Source of the DNA: Antedon mediterranea
Lineage: Eukaryota > Animalia > Echinodermata
Length of the DNA: 64,000 nucleotides
Direction of reading: 5' to 3'
Assembly (NCBI RefSeq): GCF_964355755.1
Contig: NC_092674.1
Coordinates: 20,584,001 to 20,648,000, forward strand
In this document: positions 1 to 12,495 of the stretch, piece after piece
Layout: every line of letters begins with the position of its first letter
How positions within the stretch are numbered: the first letter of the stretch is position 1
Notes under the pieces: generated by a model
Database searches by the model: none
What the model saw: only the letters and a program-made list of their open reading frames with translations
What the model was told of the DNA's origin: nothing
Made by a program: the position numbers and the translations under genes

Positions 1-246
1 ATAATATCACTTTTGATATTTGACCTCAATGTTCACTCACCGAATAAACGGCGATCTTTAAATAAATTCCCCTCAAATAAACGGTGACCATGTCACTCCC
101 ATGAAACATCATATGGAATAATCGGCGTCTATTTCCATTAGATTATACCCCCTCCCATCGAATAAACAACTTTCTTCCAATAAATGTCCACCTAAAAACC
201 ACCTAAACAATAAACAGCCCAGGCCGTTTTTTCAATAAATACGGTA
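1..246. mobile_element. End of a TA-flanked non-autonomous DNA transposon (MITE), other end outside the window
   Basis: Repeated GAATAAAC(G/A)cc motifs ending in CAATAAATACGG|TA, a Tc1/pogo-type MITE terminus. Confidence 0.4.
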
Positions 247-306
247 CTTTAAATCTAGCACATCTAGGGTCTAGCGTGCTGTTAAACAGAATAATCGGTT
301 AAAAAC

Positions 307-731
307 GGATGTTTCGAAACTAGAGACCCGTGACCAGAGACCCGAGACCCAATACGAAAAGGGAGACCTAAATATACGAAAAGGGAGACCCACGTACGAA
401 AAGGGAGACCCCACTATACGAAAAGGGAGACCCCACTATACGAAAAGGGAGACCCTAATATACGAAAAGGGAGACCTAAATATACGAAAAGGGAGACCCA
501 AATATGCGAAAAGGGAGACCCAAATATACAAAATGGGCCCGGAGACCCAAATATACGAAAAGGGAGACCCACTATAAGAAAAGGGAGACCCCACTATACG
601 AAAAGAGAGACAACACTATACGAAAAGGGAGACCCTAATATACGAAAAGGGAGACCCAAATATAGGTCTCCCTTTTCGTAGTGGGTCTCATGTCAGGTCT
701 CTGGTCTCGGGTCTCTAGTTTCGAAACACCC
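307..731. mobile_element. Non-autonomous Mutator(MULE)/foldback-like element with internal minisatellite
   Basis: TIRs GG(A/G)TGTTTCGAAACTAGAGACCC at both ends, perfect 9-bp TSD GTTAAAAAC (298-306 and 732-740), internal ~21-bp units TATACGAAAAGGGAGACCC. Confidence 0.85.
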
Positions 732-798
732 GTTAAAAACAGATGATTTCATTTTTACAGAAACCGGTCCTATATATTTGTCTACTTTTGGATTGGGA

Positions 799-973
799 GG
801 CGGGGTAGTTGACCGGGGGTAGTTGACCGGGGGTAGTTATCCGGGGGGTAGTTATCCTAAGGGGTAGTTTTCCTAAGGGGGTAGTTGTCCGGGGGGTAGT
901 TGTCCGGGGGTCGTTGTCCGGGTAGTAAACATCCGGGGGGTAACTGTCTAGGGGGTAGGTGTCCTAGAACCCC
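799..973. repeat. G-rich ~15-bp tandem repeat forming one end of a MITE-like element
   Basis: Units GGGGGTAGTTG(A/T)CC ending in GTCCTAGAACCC. No partner end seen. Confidence 0.6.
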
Positions 974-982
974 GTACAGTAC

Positions 983-1341
983 CTGTCTATTGTTGTCCTG
1001 CATAAAGTTCTTATTTTTTACAGATACACCTCTTGTTTTGATGTTGCCAAAGAATTTCGCCCAGCCGATTATTTTGGGTGGCTTTTTTAACTTGTCCTCG
1101 TTTACAAAATTGTCATCACCTTGGATTGAATGCGCCATCGTTTTTGAACTTTTCTTTGCTGGTTTGGGTGAAACTGGTAGCTTAATCCTGTGCCGAGGAC
1201 GTTCAACCTTTGGCTTAACTGCCAAATCATTGATGCTGGCCTTCGTAGCATCGTCTCCTTGTGCATTTGTCTTCCCACAGAAACTGGATATTGGTTTTAG
1301 TCCTTGGATGACAGGCCCCAACGTTTCGCTGACAATTATGT
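983..1341 (-). CDS. Internal coding exon of an unidentified gene (Lys/Pro-rich, probably disordered)
   Basis: Acceptor tttttaatatttgcag at 1342-1343, donor CAG|gtactg at 981-982, open frame IIVSETLGPVIQGLKP...NFMQDNNRQ. Other exons not identified. Confidence 0.55.
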
Positions 1342-1600
1342 CTGCAAATATTAAAAAAGAATAAAGTACACTGTAAAGCTAGCTACCTAGACAATTTATC
1401 TTTTTGCCACACAAAATTAATATAGGTCTATCCTAATGGGTGAATACTTCCACAGCAAAGAAATTTATCGTTTCCAAAAAAAATGTCATTCATTTCAACT
1501 ATTATTTCTATTTATATAAAAAGTTCCTAAACGATTTCTCTACTCATCACGGTTCAACCTTTTCCATTGTTTTTACGCAATATAGCTTAATTAAAGATAA

Positions 1601-2925
1601 CTAGAGGGTGAGCTCGCTTCGCTCGCTCTCCCTCTAGGAAGTGTAGACGATGGTTCTCGGAATGATAATGTTCTCCTTATACATTTTCTGTCGGTTACCA
1701 TTATTGAAAATGCTTGACATTCGTAAAACTAAACTACTTTGTTTCACAGTGTTTTAGATGGTTAATAACATTTTAAAGTATAGTTTTTATTGTTTAGTAG
1801 GGCCCTTTGGGGAGGTGGAGGTCATTTGAGGGAGGTGCTTATTCGAGGGATATATGTTAAATTTTTTAGTTCTAATAATATGGTAACATTTATAATCAAA
1901 TGAAATCCTCTCATAGATATGAAAAGTGGTAAAAAAGAATAACAAATGCTTGGTAAATTGCAGATAACAGTGCGGTGAATTCTACTACAAATAGTATAAT
2001 TGTGTTATTATAAATATGTGGATGGACGTTTATTAGATAGTTTGGTTGTGGGGGGGGGGGGGGTGTTATTATTCAAAGTGATGTTTTATTGGAGAGGCGT
2101 TTATTCAAATGAATACCATCCTAATAATTATTAATACATTATTTAATTTAATCATCTTTTGAAACTAACTGCCGTGACAGAGTGGGCCCAAGAAAGAAGA
2201 CATTACGGCTTGCAACATGGGCAGACATCTCGGTCCTAACGGGACACAGGAAGATAGCCTACAGTTATTCCTGCAAGCTTACTCAATAAAACTCAGCTAT
2301 CGGGATTTCACTCGAAAAATGTCTTATCAAATCTCCCTATGTAATTTTATAATACTATTCCACACAATATATTCTGATTCTTTATGGTGTATATTTAATT
2401 TGATCTTTATTAATTTGCAGTATAATTCCTATTATTTAACTACTGTACCTTCACACACGTGTGGTATGTTTTAAAATAAACAAAAAACTGAAATGGCTAT
2501 GATTAATGGCCAATTTTTTTTTCGTCTTCCAAAGGGACACTGTATTGATTGATGGAAAGTGCCTGTTTCCAGTCACCTTTAGGGTCAAATCTATTATTTT
2601 AACTGCTCCCTGGTGTATAAAAGAGAGAAAATATTTGAAACTAAGGTGAACTTATCTTAAACCCGGAAATTACTTTGACCGGGAAGAATTGAAATTGAGA
2701 GGAAAATCCAATGTTGAAATCATAAATGTTGTTAAAAAACTCTTTATAATATCTTCCTAAGATATAAATATGGAACAATAGCGTCGGCGTGCACACTAAT
2801 GTCATCAAATCTACGTTTCGCGGTACATCTCGGATAGATAAGGTAGGTATCCAAGGCGGAGATTTGTACCGAAGTTTTTGCATTGTGCTCGCCTATGTCA
2901 GAATTAACCATAATTTATATATAGA
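1601..2925 (-). mobile_element. Non-autonomous Helitron, copy 1
   Basis: On the minus strand it starts A|TCTATATATAAATTATGG and ends with a GC-rich hairpin plus CTAG|T (CTAGAGGGAGAGCGAGCGAAGCGAGCTCACCCTCTAG), no TSD. Homologous to 5042-6466. Confidence 0.8.
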
Positions 2926-3559
2926 TTCTGAATTTACCGCTCAGTCTTTTATACACAGATGATTTATGTTGGTACGTTGCTATAGCTGTTGTGCCGGATA
3001 CTAGCACACAATCATGCTACCATGTGACGCAATGAACGCGGTGTGCGGTAATTAGGTACACGAGCAACATTGTCAGACTGTAACATACACATTGGTTGGT
3101 AAGTCATGGTAATGGGTCTACTTTTAATCGTTATCTATTATCATAGATATTTTATGTATTGGCCAAAAAATAACCTAAAATAAATATTTCATACATTACT
3201 AAACAAAAAACATGCCATTTTCGCAATTTTTATTTCAATTTGAATAACAATTTCATATTTTTTTCTTTAAAACATTGTGACCTTTTGTTAATGTACAACT
3301 TTTACTTAACTGTTTTTTTCTCATGTGTGAGGTGTCCACATTTATTCTCATATGCATAAACTATACAGTCTAAATAAAATACTATCAGTGTCTAACTAAT
3401 ATCTCTTGTTATCCTCCTTTATATTCATTTTCTCCTATTTTATTTTTCTCCATTTTATCATTTATTATTTTTAATTCTTGCAAACGTTTGATAAAAGTTA
3501 TGTTTATTTCTACAGTATCATGTCACATTTGCATTATAATTTTTACATTTATGATATAA

Positions 3560-4190
3560 ATAAGAACTTGAATATGTCTGTAAATATCGATGTATTATCT
3601 CTGATGTTGAAATAAACAATCTCAGTTATGCTGATGATATGGTGATACTTTTCCAGTCCTTATCTGGGTTGCAGGGGTTTGGTAATACACAATTTAAATA
3701 TGTATGCATGTTATTTCGTCCAAAACGACGCAAACTTAATGGCGGTCCTGTATGTAATAATCAACTTGAATTCGTTACCACAATGAAGTACCTTGGACAC
3801 ACTCTTAATAATGAACTAAAAGATGATGCTGACATAATGCGGCAATATCTCTAAGTATAAGAGCAAATTCTATTGCTAGAATGTTCTGATAAGTTTAAAT
3901 GCATGTTGTTTAGATCATTATTGCTTAAATATATTGTGAATCGTCATGGTCTAATTACAATAAGGCACATTAGGAAGCTACAAGTTTGTTACAATAACGC
4001 ATTGCGTATGATCGATACTTAATTTACCACGACATAATAGTGCATCAGCTATGATCGTTAGTAATGGTATATTATCTTTCAAAGAAAACATAAGAAAATC
4101 TATATTTATGGAAGAGTCAACCACTCTTATAATATCCTGGTTATGTGCATTATGAGAAATGTCTTTTACGGCTCAGCAATGAATGCATAC
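3560..4190 (+). mobile_element. Degenerate LINE reverse-transcriptase fragment (CR1/L2 group)
   Basis: EINNLSYADDMVIL and MKYLGH motifs, with stops and frameshifts. Confidence 0.7.
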
Positions 4191-5041
4191 TGAGTATTTT
4201 TACACTGAGAGATTAAAATAAATTATTAAAATAAAAATGTACACAATATTTGCAGTTTGTAGTACATGGGCTTTTGTATTATTAGTGTAATTTTGTATAT
4301 ACGAAATATAGAATAAATGAAATGAATGAATATCCACCGTTTTTTTTATTACAGTATTTGCATGCACATTTTCTCTATACCTTATACAGAATAGAATTTT
4401 CTTTATGTCAATTAGCTTTTCTATAGCATATTACATATAATAAATATATATTTTCCATTTTTTCCATATATTTCTATGTTGTTAATACGGTTTATGCCCT
4501 ATACATGATATACTGCCAGCTTGAAACCCTTCTCTACATGCCAACCAAAATGTGGGCCTACACCAATTATGATAATATGCTAAGCACACATCTTTCATTT
4601 TTTCATTCATTTTTTTATTTTTCCAAATAAGATATGACAAGACAAGACAACAACAAAATATTTTTAAAAACTAGTTAATTTTTTGTTTATGTGTGGAAAC
4701 TCAAATAAGCCAAAAAAGGCTTTAAGGCTGAGTATTCCAATATTCTATCAGCAATATGAAAATGATAACTTTCGTAAACACTATAACTATGCATTTGATA
4801 TGGGTGTAATGGTACAAATGATCTTTAAATTTAATTCGGTCGCTTAAAGGTAAAATTAATAAATAAGAAAAACAAATCTGTTTTGGCACAGAAGAAGGAG
4901 TAGCTTTGCGTCAGAAAGCTAGAAAATTGGTACTTTATGCTAATACATATTTTGGGGAATAAGCTCAGTGTGCCAGATGTTTGGACGCCAGGGTTCGAAG
5001 TGAATTCGCAGGTTTTTTTTATGTAGGCCCTATACTTAGCA

Positions 5042-6466
5042 TCTATATATAAATTATGGTTAATTCTGACAAAGGCGAGCACAATGGAACAAGGCCAACA
5101 GCCATAAGTCGCGTGCTCTCAGAAAAAAAAAACTTTCAAAAAGTAATGTACTTTAAAACTTTTCTGTACATCAAAACAGTTCAAAAAGTACAGAAAAGCG
5201 ATAAACGCATAGTGATACCGGACTGACAGACAGGCCGACAGACCGACCGACATAGTGAACTATAGAGTCGCATCCACCCACGCGACTAATTGTCTGTACA
5301 TCAAAACAGTTCAAAAAGTACAGAAAAGCGATAAAACGCATAGTGATACCGGATCGACAGACAGACCGACAGACCTACCGACATAGTGAACTATAGACAA
5401 ATCTCTGCCTTACATACCTACCTGATCTATCTCAGATGTACCGCGAAATGTAAATTTGATAAAATTAGTTTTCACTATTACTATATTGTTCCATATTTTT
5501 ATCTTAGGAAGATATTATAAAGGGTTTTATAAAAAAAATTCTGATTTTATCGGTATATTTTTAATTCAATTTAAATTTTACGTGGTCAAAGTAATTAACG
5601 GGTTCACGATGAGTTCACGATTTTGCAACTTCCTGGTTTCAACTAAGTTGGCTGTTAGTGGATGTAATTTCAGTTGGGTTTTTTTTCGGATCGGACCACG
5701 CGTGTGAAGGTGCAGTAAGTTTTTTAAAAAATAAAAATTATACTGCACATTAATAAAGATCAAATTAAATATACGCCAAACGCATCGGATGTGGGAAATA
5801 GTATTATAAAATTACATAGGGAGATCTGTTTAAAATCGAGTGAAATCCCGATGGCCGAGTTTTATTGAGTAAGCTGGCAGGAATAACTGTGGGTTATATG
5901 TGTCCTGTTAAAACCGGGGGGATACGTCTGCCCATGTTGAAAGCCGTCTAAAACTTCTTGGGCCAAAACGGCCCATTCTATCGCGGAAGTTAGTTTCAAA
6001 AGATGATTAAATTAAATAATGTATTAGTATTGGGATGGTATTTATTTGAATAAACGCCCAACACCTCCCTAATAAACATCACTTTAAATAATAATCGCAC
6101 TGTAAATCTACAATTTGCCAAGCAATTGTTATTCTTTTTTACCACTTGTCATATCTATTAGAGGATTTTATTTGGTTATAAATGCTACCATATTATTAAA
6201 ACTAAAAAATTAAACATACCCATCGAATAAGCACCTCCCTCAAATGAACTCCACCTCCGCCCTATAAGGGCCCTATTAAACAATAAACACTATACTTTAA
6301 AATGTTATTAATATTCTAAGATACTAAACAGAGTAGGTTTAGTTTTACGAATGTCGCGGCATTTTCAATAATGGTAACCGACAGAAAACCTACAGGAAGA
6401 ACGTCCTTCTAAAACCTTCTTACCCGAGTCATTATCATCCCGAGAACCATCGTCTACACTTTCTAG
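5042..6466 (+). mobile_element. Non-autonomous Helitron, copy 2 (inverted relative to copy 1), carrying a HINE insertion
   Basis: Starts A|TCTATATATAAATTATGG, ends TTCTAG|T. Reverse-complement similarity to 1637-2925 along its length. Confidence 0.75.
5088..5396 (+). mobile_element. DINE-1/HINE-like (Helentron-associated) element with internal duplication
   Basis: Head AACAAGGCCAACAGCCATAAGTCGCGTGCT, (GACA/GACC)n microsatellite, AGTCGC..CACGCGACT hairpin. Same family at 24558 and 54440. Confidence 0.7.
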
Positions 6467-7204
6467 TTAATTACAATTACTTCAGATCAGGGCTGATAAT
6501 TGTAATAATGTGGTGATGATGATGATATGATGATGATGATTCATATCTACAACTCTCTGTCCTCTATAAATTAAAAAAAAGGGAAGTCATAATTCATTCT
6601 GGGAAACTATTATAGATTTAAAATGGACATATTAATGTTTATATAATAGCTTTTAATACTATTATACACACAAACACAACACAATAAATTCACCAATCCC
6701 AGGCGACAATTTTGATTACAACTTGCTCGTAATGATCTTATAGGCAGTGTACGTCCTTGCGTTGCGTCCTATCAAAAATCGACACGATATTTAGTCATCT
6801 TGTAACGAACCAAAACAATTGCACAAGGTGTTGCAATATCATTTGATATTGCGCTGCCGTGACCATTCGTCGTCGTTTTAAAGAATATATTAAAAAAATG
6901 TTTAATTTTATCTGTTTAGTTTTCTTAAAGCTCACAATTAGCATTATTAAAGGAGAAAATATTGGTAAGAAACCAGCTTTTTTTAACAAATAATTATATT
7001 TATTACCTAAAAGTGTTAATTTAAACCTTCTACTAATTAAAAAACATATATATGTTTTGTTTTTTGTTTGTTTATATGTGGAACATTTATTTGAATAAAG
7101 ATATAAAGAACAGAACAACACAAATCAATTATTGATGTTATATATAATGTTTTTACTCCTAGTTTCATTGAAAATAATTTTAATTTTCACGGTTTTTTTT
7201 ACAG

Positions 7205-7636
7205 AATGCTCACATTCCCAATACAACTTATCCAGGTACAGTGTAAATCATTTAACTGACTTGTCAACACAAACATGGCTGGATCTTAAAGATTTCTGCA
7301 AGGCATCTGGTGGCTACCTTGTGTGTATCAATACACCTGATGAGTTTGAATTTGTACTAAATATTCTTAATAAACCAAAATGTAGCAGCAACACAAGGTA
7401 CGGTATTGGATTTTTGCGTCAACCTGGTCTGATCCGTGACGTTGACTCCAGCTGGAAATGTGAGGGAGATCGTACCACTCTGAACACCCAGGTGACACCA
7501 TGGAAATCTGGTCATCCGAAGAAACCTAATTATAAGTATGCTGCGACGACACTAATGTCGGAATTAGCCTATCTGAAAGATGTAGATCCCCATGTTCGAT
7601 TTACCCGCAATAACGATGGATACATCTGTGAATATG
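7205..7636 (+). CDS. C-type lectin domain exon
   Basis: Acceptor tttttttacag, donor G|gtatgt, symmetrical phase 1, 432 nt. Motifs TWLDLKDFC..GGYLVCINTPDEFEFV, YGIGF, PWKSGHP, GYICE. Confidence 0.8.
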
Positions 7637-10600
7637 GTATGTTGATTTTTCTTGATATACTTCATTAAATTATCCCTTAATAAAGATTTTTGCAGATAAT
7701 AACTTTACTTGAGTGTTAAATTCGACTTATACTGATATTATTTAAAACAACATAATGGTTTTATTCAATCGTGAAGTCGACAATTTGTATGTTGCATTGT
7801 GTGGTCGAGTTAGCTTCATCACATCTCATAAAGAGTTGAAATTAATGCTATCCCTTTGCAGTACGATTCATTATTGTCATTTACATTGGTATATCTATTT
7901 TTGTAAGATCCAGTAATTTTTCAAGCTTTGAAGTTACCTGTTAGTGTTGGGAAGACTAATTCTCCTATACGATGTGCTCTGCAGTGCTTCAGAAAGAACA
8001 ATTGTAAGGGATTTTACGCAGAAGTAGTAGGTTGTCAGCTCATTTATGAACTGAACAGTGAAATTACTGGTTTTAAGAAGACTACTTATCGCCTTTAAAT
8101 ATACTGACATTTTTGCCCAGTTTCTTTTGGATATTTGGTAGTGTCTTATTTGTATTACATGTGTTGCCTGTATCACGTAAGGTTGGTTAATGCTTAGTAT
8201 GATGATGATACTTGGAGATAAGTTTAAAACACATTTGATGTTGTATTCCCAATTAATATAATTCTTATGATACTGGGGAAATCTACAGTACCGAGAATTG
8301 GGTTAAATTACAGAATATGCTTCTTTATTGTGATTCTTATTGGATGATTCGTGTCACAGAATACTGTGCTGTAGTTTGCAGAGTATGGGCAAACCAAGTT
8401 ATACAGTTATCGATGTTGATGTTTCTTCTTTCTTTTCTCCAATACCGTCACAAATGTGATCTTCTTTTCAGGTCAACCTTTTTAGGAATACGTTTTTTCA
8501 ATCCTCAGTATTATTTCATAGAATCTGTACATTTTGGAATAGTCTTTTCTCATATTTAAAGACCTTGATCTTCTTCGTCAACACTACTTTCCTAAATTCT
8601 CCTTTCACCTCTCTTTTTAATTTTCATTGTAATTATTATGTTATTACTATTAGATGTTTATCTACATTGATATTTCTTTAAATTTAAATTTAAAATTCAA
8701 ATCAATTTTAGTCGTGCTTAACTAATTATTTGTTTCTTTCTTTCTTTATTTCAATTTACAATAAAAACATAAACAAATAATCATTACAAAACAAAAGAAT
8801 GGAAAGAGGAATCGCTGAAGCACAGCTTATAAGTAGAAACCCTCTGTTACAAATCATTATATAAATAGAAATATGAAAAAAAGGCACATGACATTGTTAT
8901 TTATTTATACTGGATAACCTCTGCAGTCAAAGACTGGTCTCCCAGAGGGTTCAGTTATGATCAGTGGCTGTGCTATAATACAACACACATTTACACGTTT
9001 ATTATATATTTTGAATATAACATTATTTAGTACATTAATATCAATCGAAAACAATTAAAATAGTATTCACTCACTGAACTTGCTATAATCAGAACTATAC
9101 TACAACATTTTTCAAACCATTTGTATTAATTAAATGTAAACAAAATGTATATATTTTATGTTGAGTAAATGAGACCTTTCCTCATTGTAAAATAAAAAAC
9201 AATTTGACGTTTTTGATCAAGCGATTTATTAACTTTGATAATGTAGGCCTATACTAATGAAATACAGAATTCTCATGCGGAGAGTGTTTTTGTTTGTTTC
9301 TTCAACGTACTGATCATGTTTACCACAAATATGACAGTATATATGATATAATGAAGGTTTTTTTAGACAATTACTGTAATTAATTGTCTTATCCGTAAAA
9401 AAATGCGACTAGTTTAGTTACTCGTAAAGTTTTGCAAAATTTGCCGCACCAGTGACTCCCCACATTTTGGGTGTCGTGATATTCTATTTGACTGAATGCA
9501 TTTAATTATAGTGTTCATTTTTTAAAGACAACATGACAACCGTGATCAGCTTTCATTTAATTACAGGTGTCGACTTCGCTCCTCTAATAATGATCCCACC
9601 CGACTTTTCGTTAAACGATCTAATCGGAAAGCTGGTGAAGAAAATGCGTTTTCTGTCGCCGCTCCGCTGACCTGTTCATTTGATAGGAGCGAATTCGGCA
9701 CCTCTCTTTAAACGTCAACTTAAAACTTTTCTTTTTAATTAATTACTTAGTATTGTTAGGCGCTCTGTTCTTTGTAGGGCGCCATATAAAAACCTGCATA
9801 GAATAGAATAGAATGTTATATTATTTTATATATAAATATGATGTCACTTTATAATTCATTGGAAAAAAGAATGACATGCTATTATATTTTTAATAAATGT
9901 TATCACTTGTTTTTCTGTTGCTATTGAAATTAAATAAAACAAATGGGCGTGACAAACGGATGCACAATAAATGGTAAAACGGGCAGAAGGAACGAATGCA
10001 GTTGCATGGATCGGTCAGGTCAGGTCAGGTCAGGTCATTTTAATAATATTAAACAAAACGCAAAAATGTATTGATGTATTCTTATATTTAAAATAAATTA
10101 TTTTTAAATGCGAGTATCAACAATATTAATCGATAATTAACATAATATAACATAACGAATATAAATGCATTCCAATGTTGGCATACTTCTTGGTGATTCG
10201 CCAAATATATTGTTATATCGTGCTGGAAACCTGATAATTAAATGGATTATTCTTCTTTCGGTTGAGACGAATGGTAAAAATAATACCCATGATAATTGGT
10301 GTAATAGTTACCACAGCCACAACAATGATGGTGTTTATTCCTATTTGGTCAAAACCGCTAGGCCCACTTTCGCATACTTGCACTGTAAATTCATAATAAA
10401 AACACACAATTACGGTATATTCAAATAACAACATTTACAGAACTCTATATTAGTCTGGTATCAACATTACCGTATTACACAAAAGATGTAAATGCCAGAC
10501 TATTTAACTTTGATAATGGAATTCATATATACAGTAGTATTTTACTTCCAAGTATTATTAGTAATTTCAATTTGATTATCTAAATAATAACGATGCGTAT

Positions 10601-12008
10601 TTACTTACCTTTACCGTAATCTAGATCAGATATATATTGAACATAGGGTTGAAGTTTAACATTTTTAAGAGTAAGAATCTTGTCAGAAACTTGAAACGTT
10701 AAACTGTAGCCTAATAATAGCCAACGTCTATATTTGGGAAGTCACTGCTTGTTAAAACAGAGGTCGAATCTACAATTTTGATCAAAATATCAGAAATTCA
10801 TATAATATATATTAAATGTATATAGGCGTACACTATACATAGATAATAAACTTGCCCCTTTAAGGTAAGATATACAAACCATTTAAAATAATCAATAGTA
10901 TAGGTCCTAGCCCCTACTTAATAATAATGGTCACATTATTATCTTAGTAGGCATCAATAAGATAGAAGCTTCAACCGCAGCGTGTCAATGCACTTTAGGT
11001 CCTACTTATACTAAATTAAGTGGAACAATATGCAAAGGTAAAATTAATGTGGTAATTTTTCTTTGTTTATTGCCCACGTCATATCATAGCGTCCTCTATA
11101 ATAGGCTTACTTTTTTCAATATTTTGTAAACATGTATTTTCCCCCTGAAAAAATAATTCTAAACAGAATTTGTGTTGAAAGTGCCATTTTAATGTAAACA
11201 TGTTATCTACTTTGATTAAAAATTGGATCGAAAAAAAAATATTTATCGAAAAAAAACTGTAATTTAAAGCAAAAAATTGTCAAATTGGCTGCCAGCCAAT
11301 TGGTTTTTGGTTAAATTTAACCATTTATTTTGTCATTTTATAAGTGAAAACATTGTTTTTTCTACGGAAGTGATAAACCTTATTAAAACGACAAAATAAC
11401 ATATTCAAAGTCTGATTTAATTAATCTTCGTTTTACATGTTTTTGGGAGACAATACATCTTTAATATTTCCTGATCTCCAAATTTCCGTTAAATAATATT
11501 TTGTACCCATGCATTACGAATACAATTATATTTATTTTCTTTGGACAAAAATATGACACGAATTTAGCAAAGTTTAATGCGTGCTGACACTGTAATACTT
11601 TCGGCTCTGAATTCGACTGAGCTCCATTATTTTTAAAACAAAATTAGAAGACTTGCCTTCTGTAGGATCCTGACTGAAATCGTCTGAGTCTGCAATCGTT
11701 ATGCTGTCTAATTTGTACTATGTAACCCATACATTGTGTAATCTAGTCGGATACCCCACGTCTTTAAATCCTTAAATGTCAATGTGAAAGATGCATACGT
11801 CCCTCGACACTTGGAGTAGGTGGTGTCAGATTCGGGTGGTACTTTGATTATATCTGTCTGTAAAGGTATTTTTCAATAAATTGTTGCTAACATGAATAAA
11901 TCGGAAAGTGGTAAGTAGAAAAGTAACGTATCGTATAAAATAATAAATATAAAGTTGCAAAAACCATATGAGAGTAGATTCTTAGTCCTGAATATTCGAC
12001 AGTTAGTA

Positions 12009-12422
12009 CACTGTAAATAGTGTTCAGATCTTAAACATGTATTTTGTACCCACATTTTCCACACATTTAGCTTTTTAAACAAACACGTAGTTACATTAGC
12101 GTATTTAACCTAAACGTGTTTATAGCTACATGTTATTTTCCAACACTCATTTTAGCAGTCAACATGTTTAGTAGGTACGTGTTTAGCGTTGCGTGCATAC
12201 GATTTTACAGTAGCGGAGAAAAAGCTCCACACATGAGCTCCACACATGGAAAACCTAACCGTGTCTTTATATTGCTCCACATGTTTAACAATCAACACGT
12301 CACTGATGTGTTAAGTTGGCCTACATGTTTCAAATGTATTTAGAACCCAAAAATGTTTCATATCTAAACATGTTCAAGGCTAATTGTGTGGAAAAGTGGG
12401 TACAAATACTATATTTACAGTG
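12009..12422. mobile_element. MITE with CACTGTAAA termini (CACTA/CMC-like)
   Basis: TA|CACTGTAAATA ... TATTTACAGTG|TA, with subterminal inverted TTTGTACCCACATTTTCCACACA / TGTGTGGAAAAGTGGGTACAAA. Confidence 0.7.
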
Positions 12423-12495
12423 TACAGCTTTTATATAGCATCTATATATAAATTTACGTAAGGGCAAAATTCGGTAAATCGTGCCTTACTTCTAG

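Noticed and set aside
350-665. CRISPR-like short repeats
   Set aside because: Units abut with only a few variable bases and sit between TIRs with a 9-bp TSD.
857-1364. Full-length ORFs 857-1321(-) and 900-1364(+)
   Set aside because: The Pro/Gly-rich part is the G-rich repeat. The plus ORF is the antisense shadow of the 983-1341 exon.
1601-6466. A single 4.9-kb foldback transposon
   Set aside because: No TSD. Each arm has its own Helitron TC/CTAG termini, and the arms differ by many indels.
7930-8600. Possible Penelope/LINE remnant on the minus strand
   Set aside because: Only a weak IFKGDK-like word, with no diagnostic RT motif visible.
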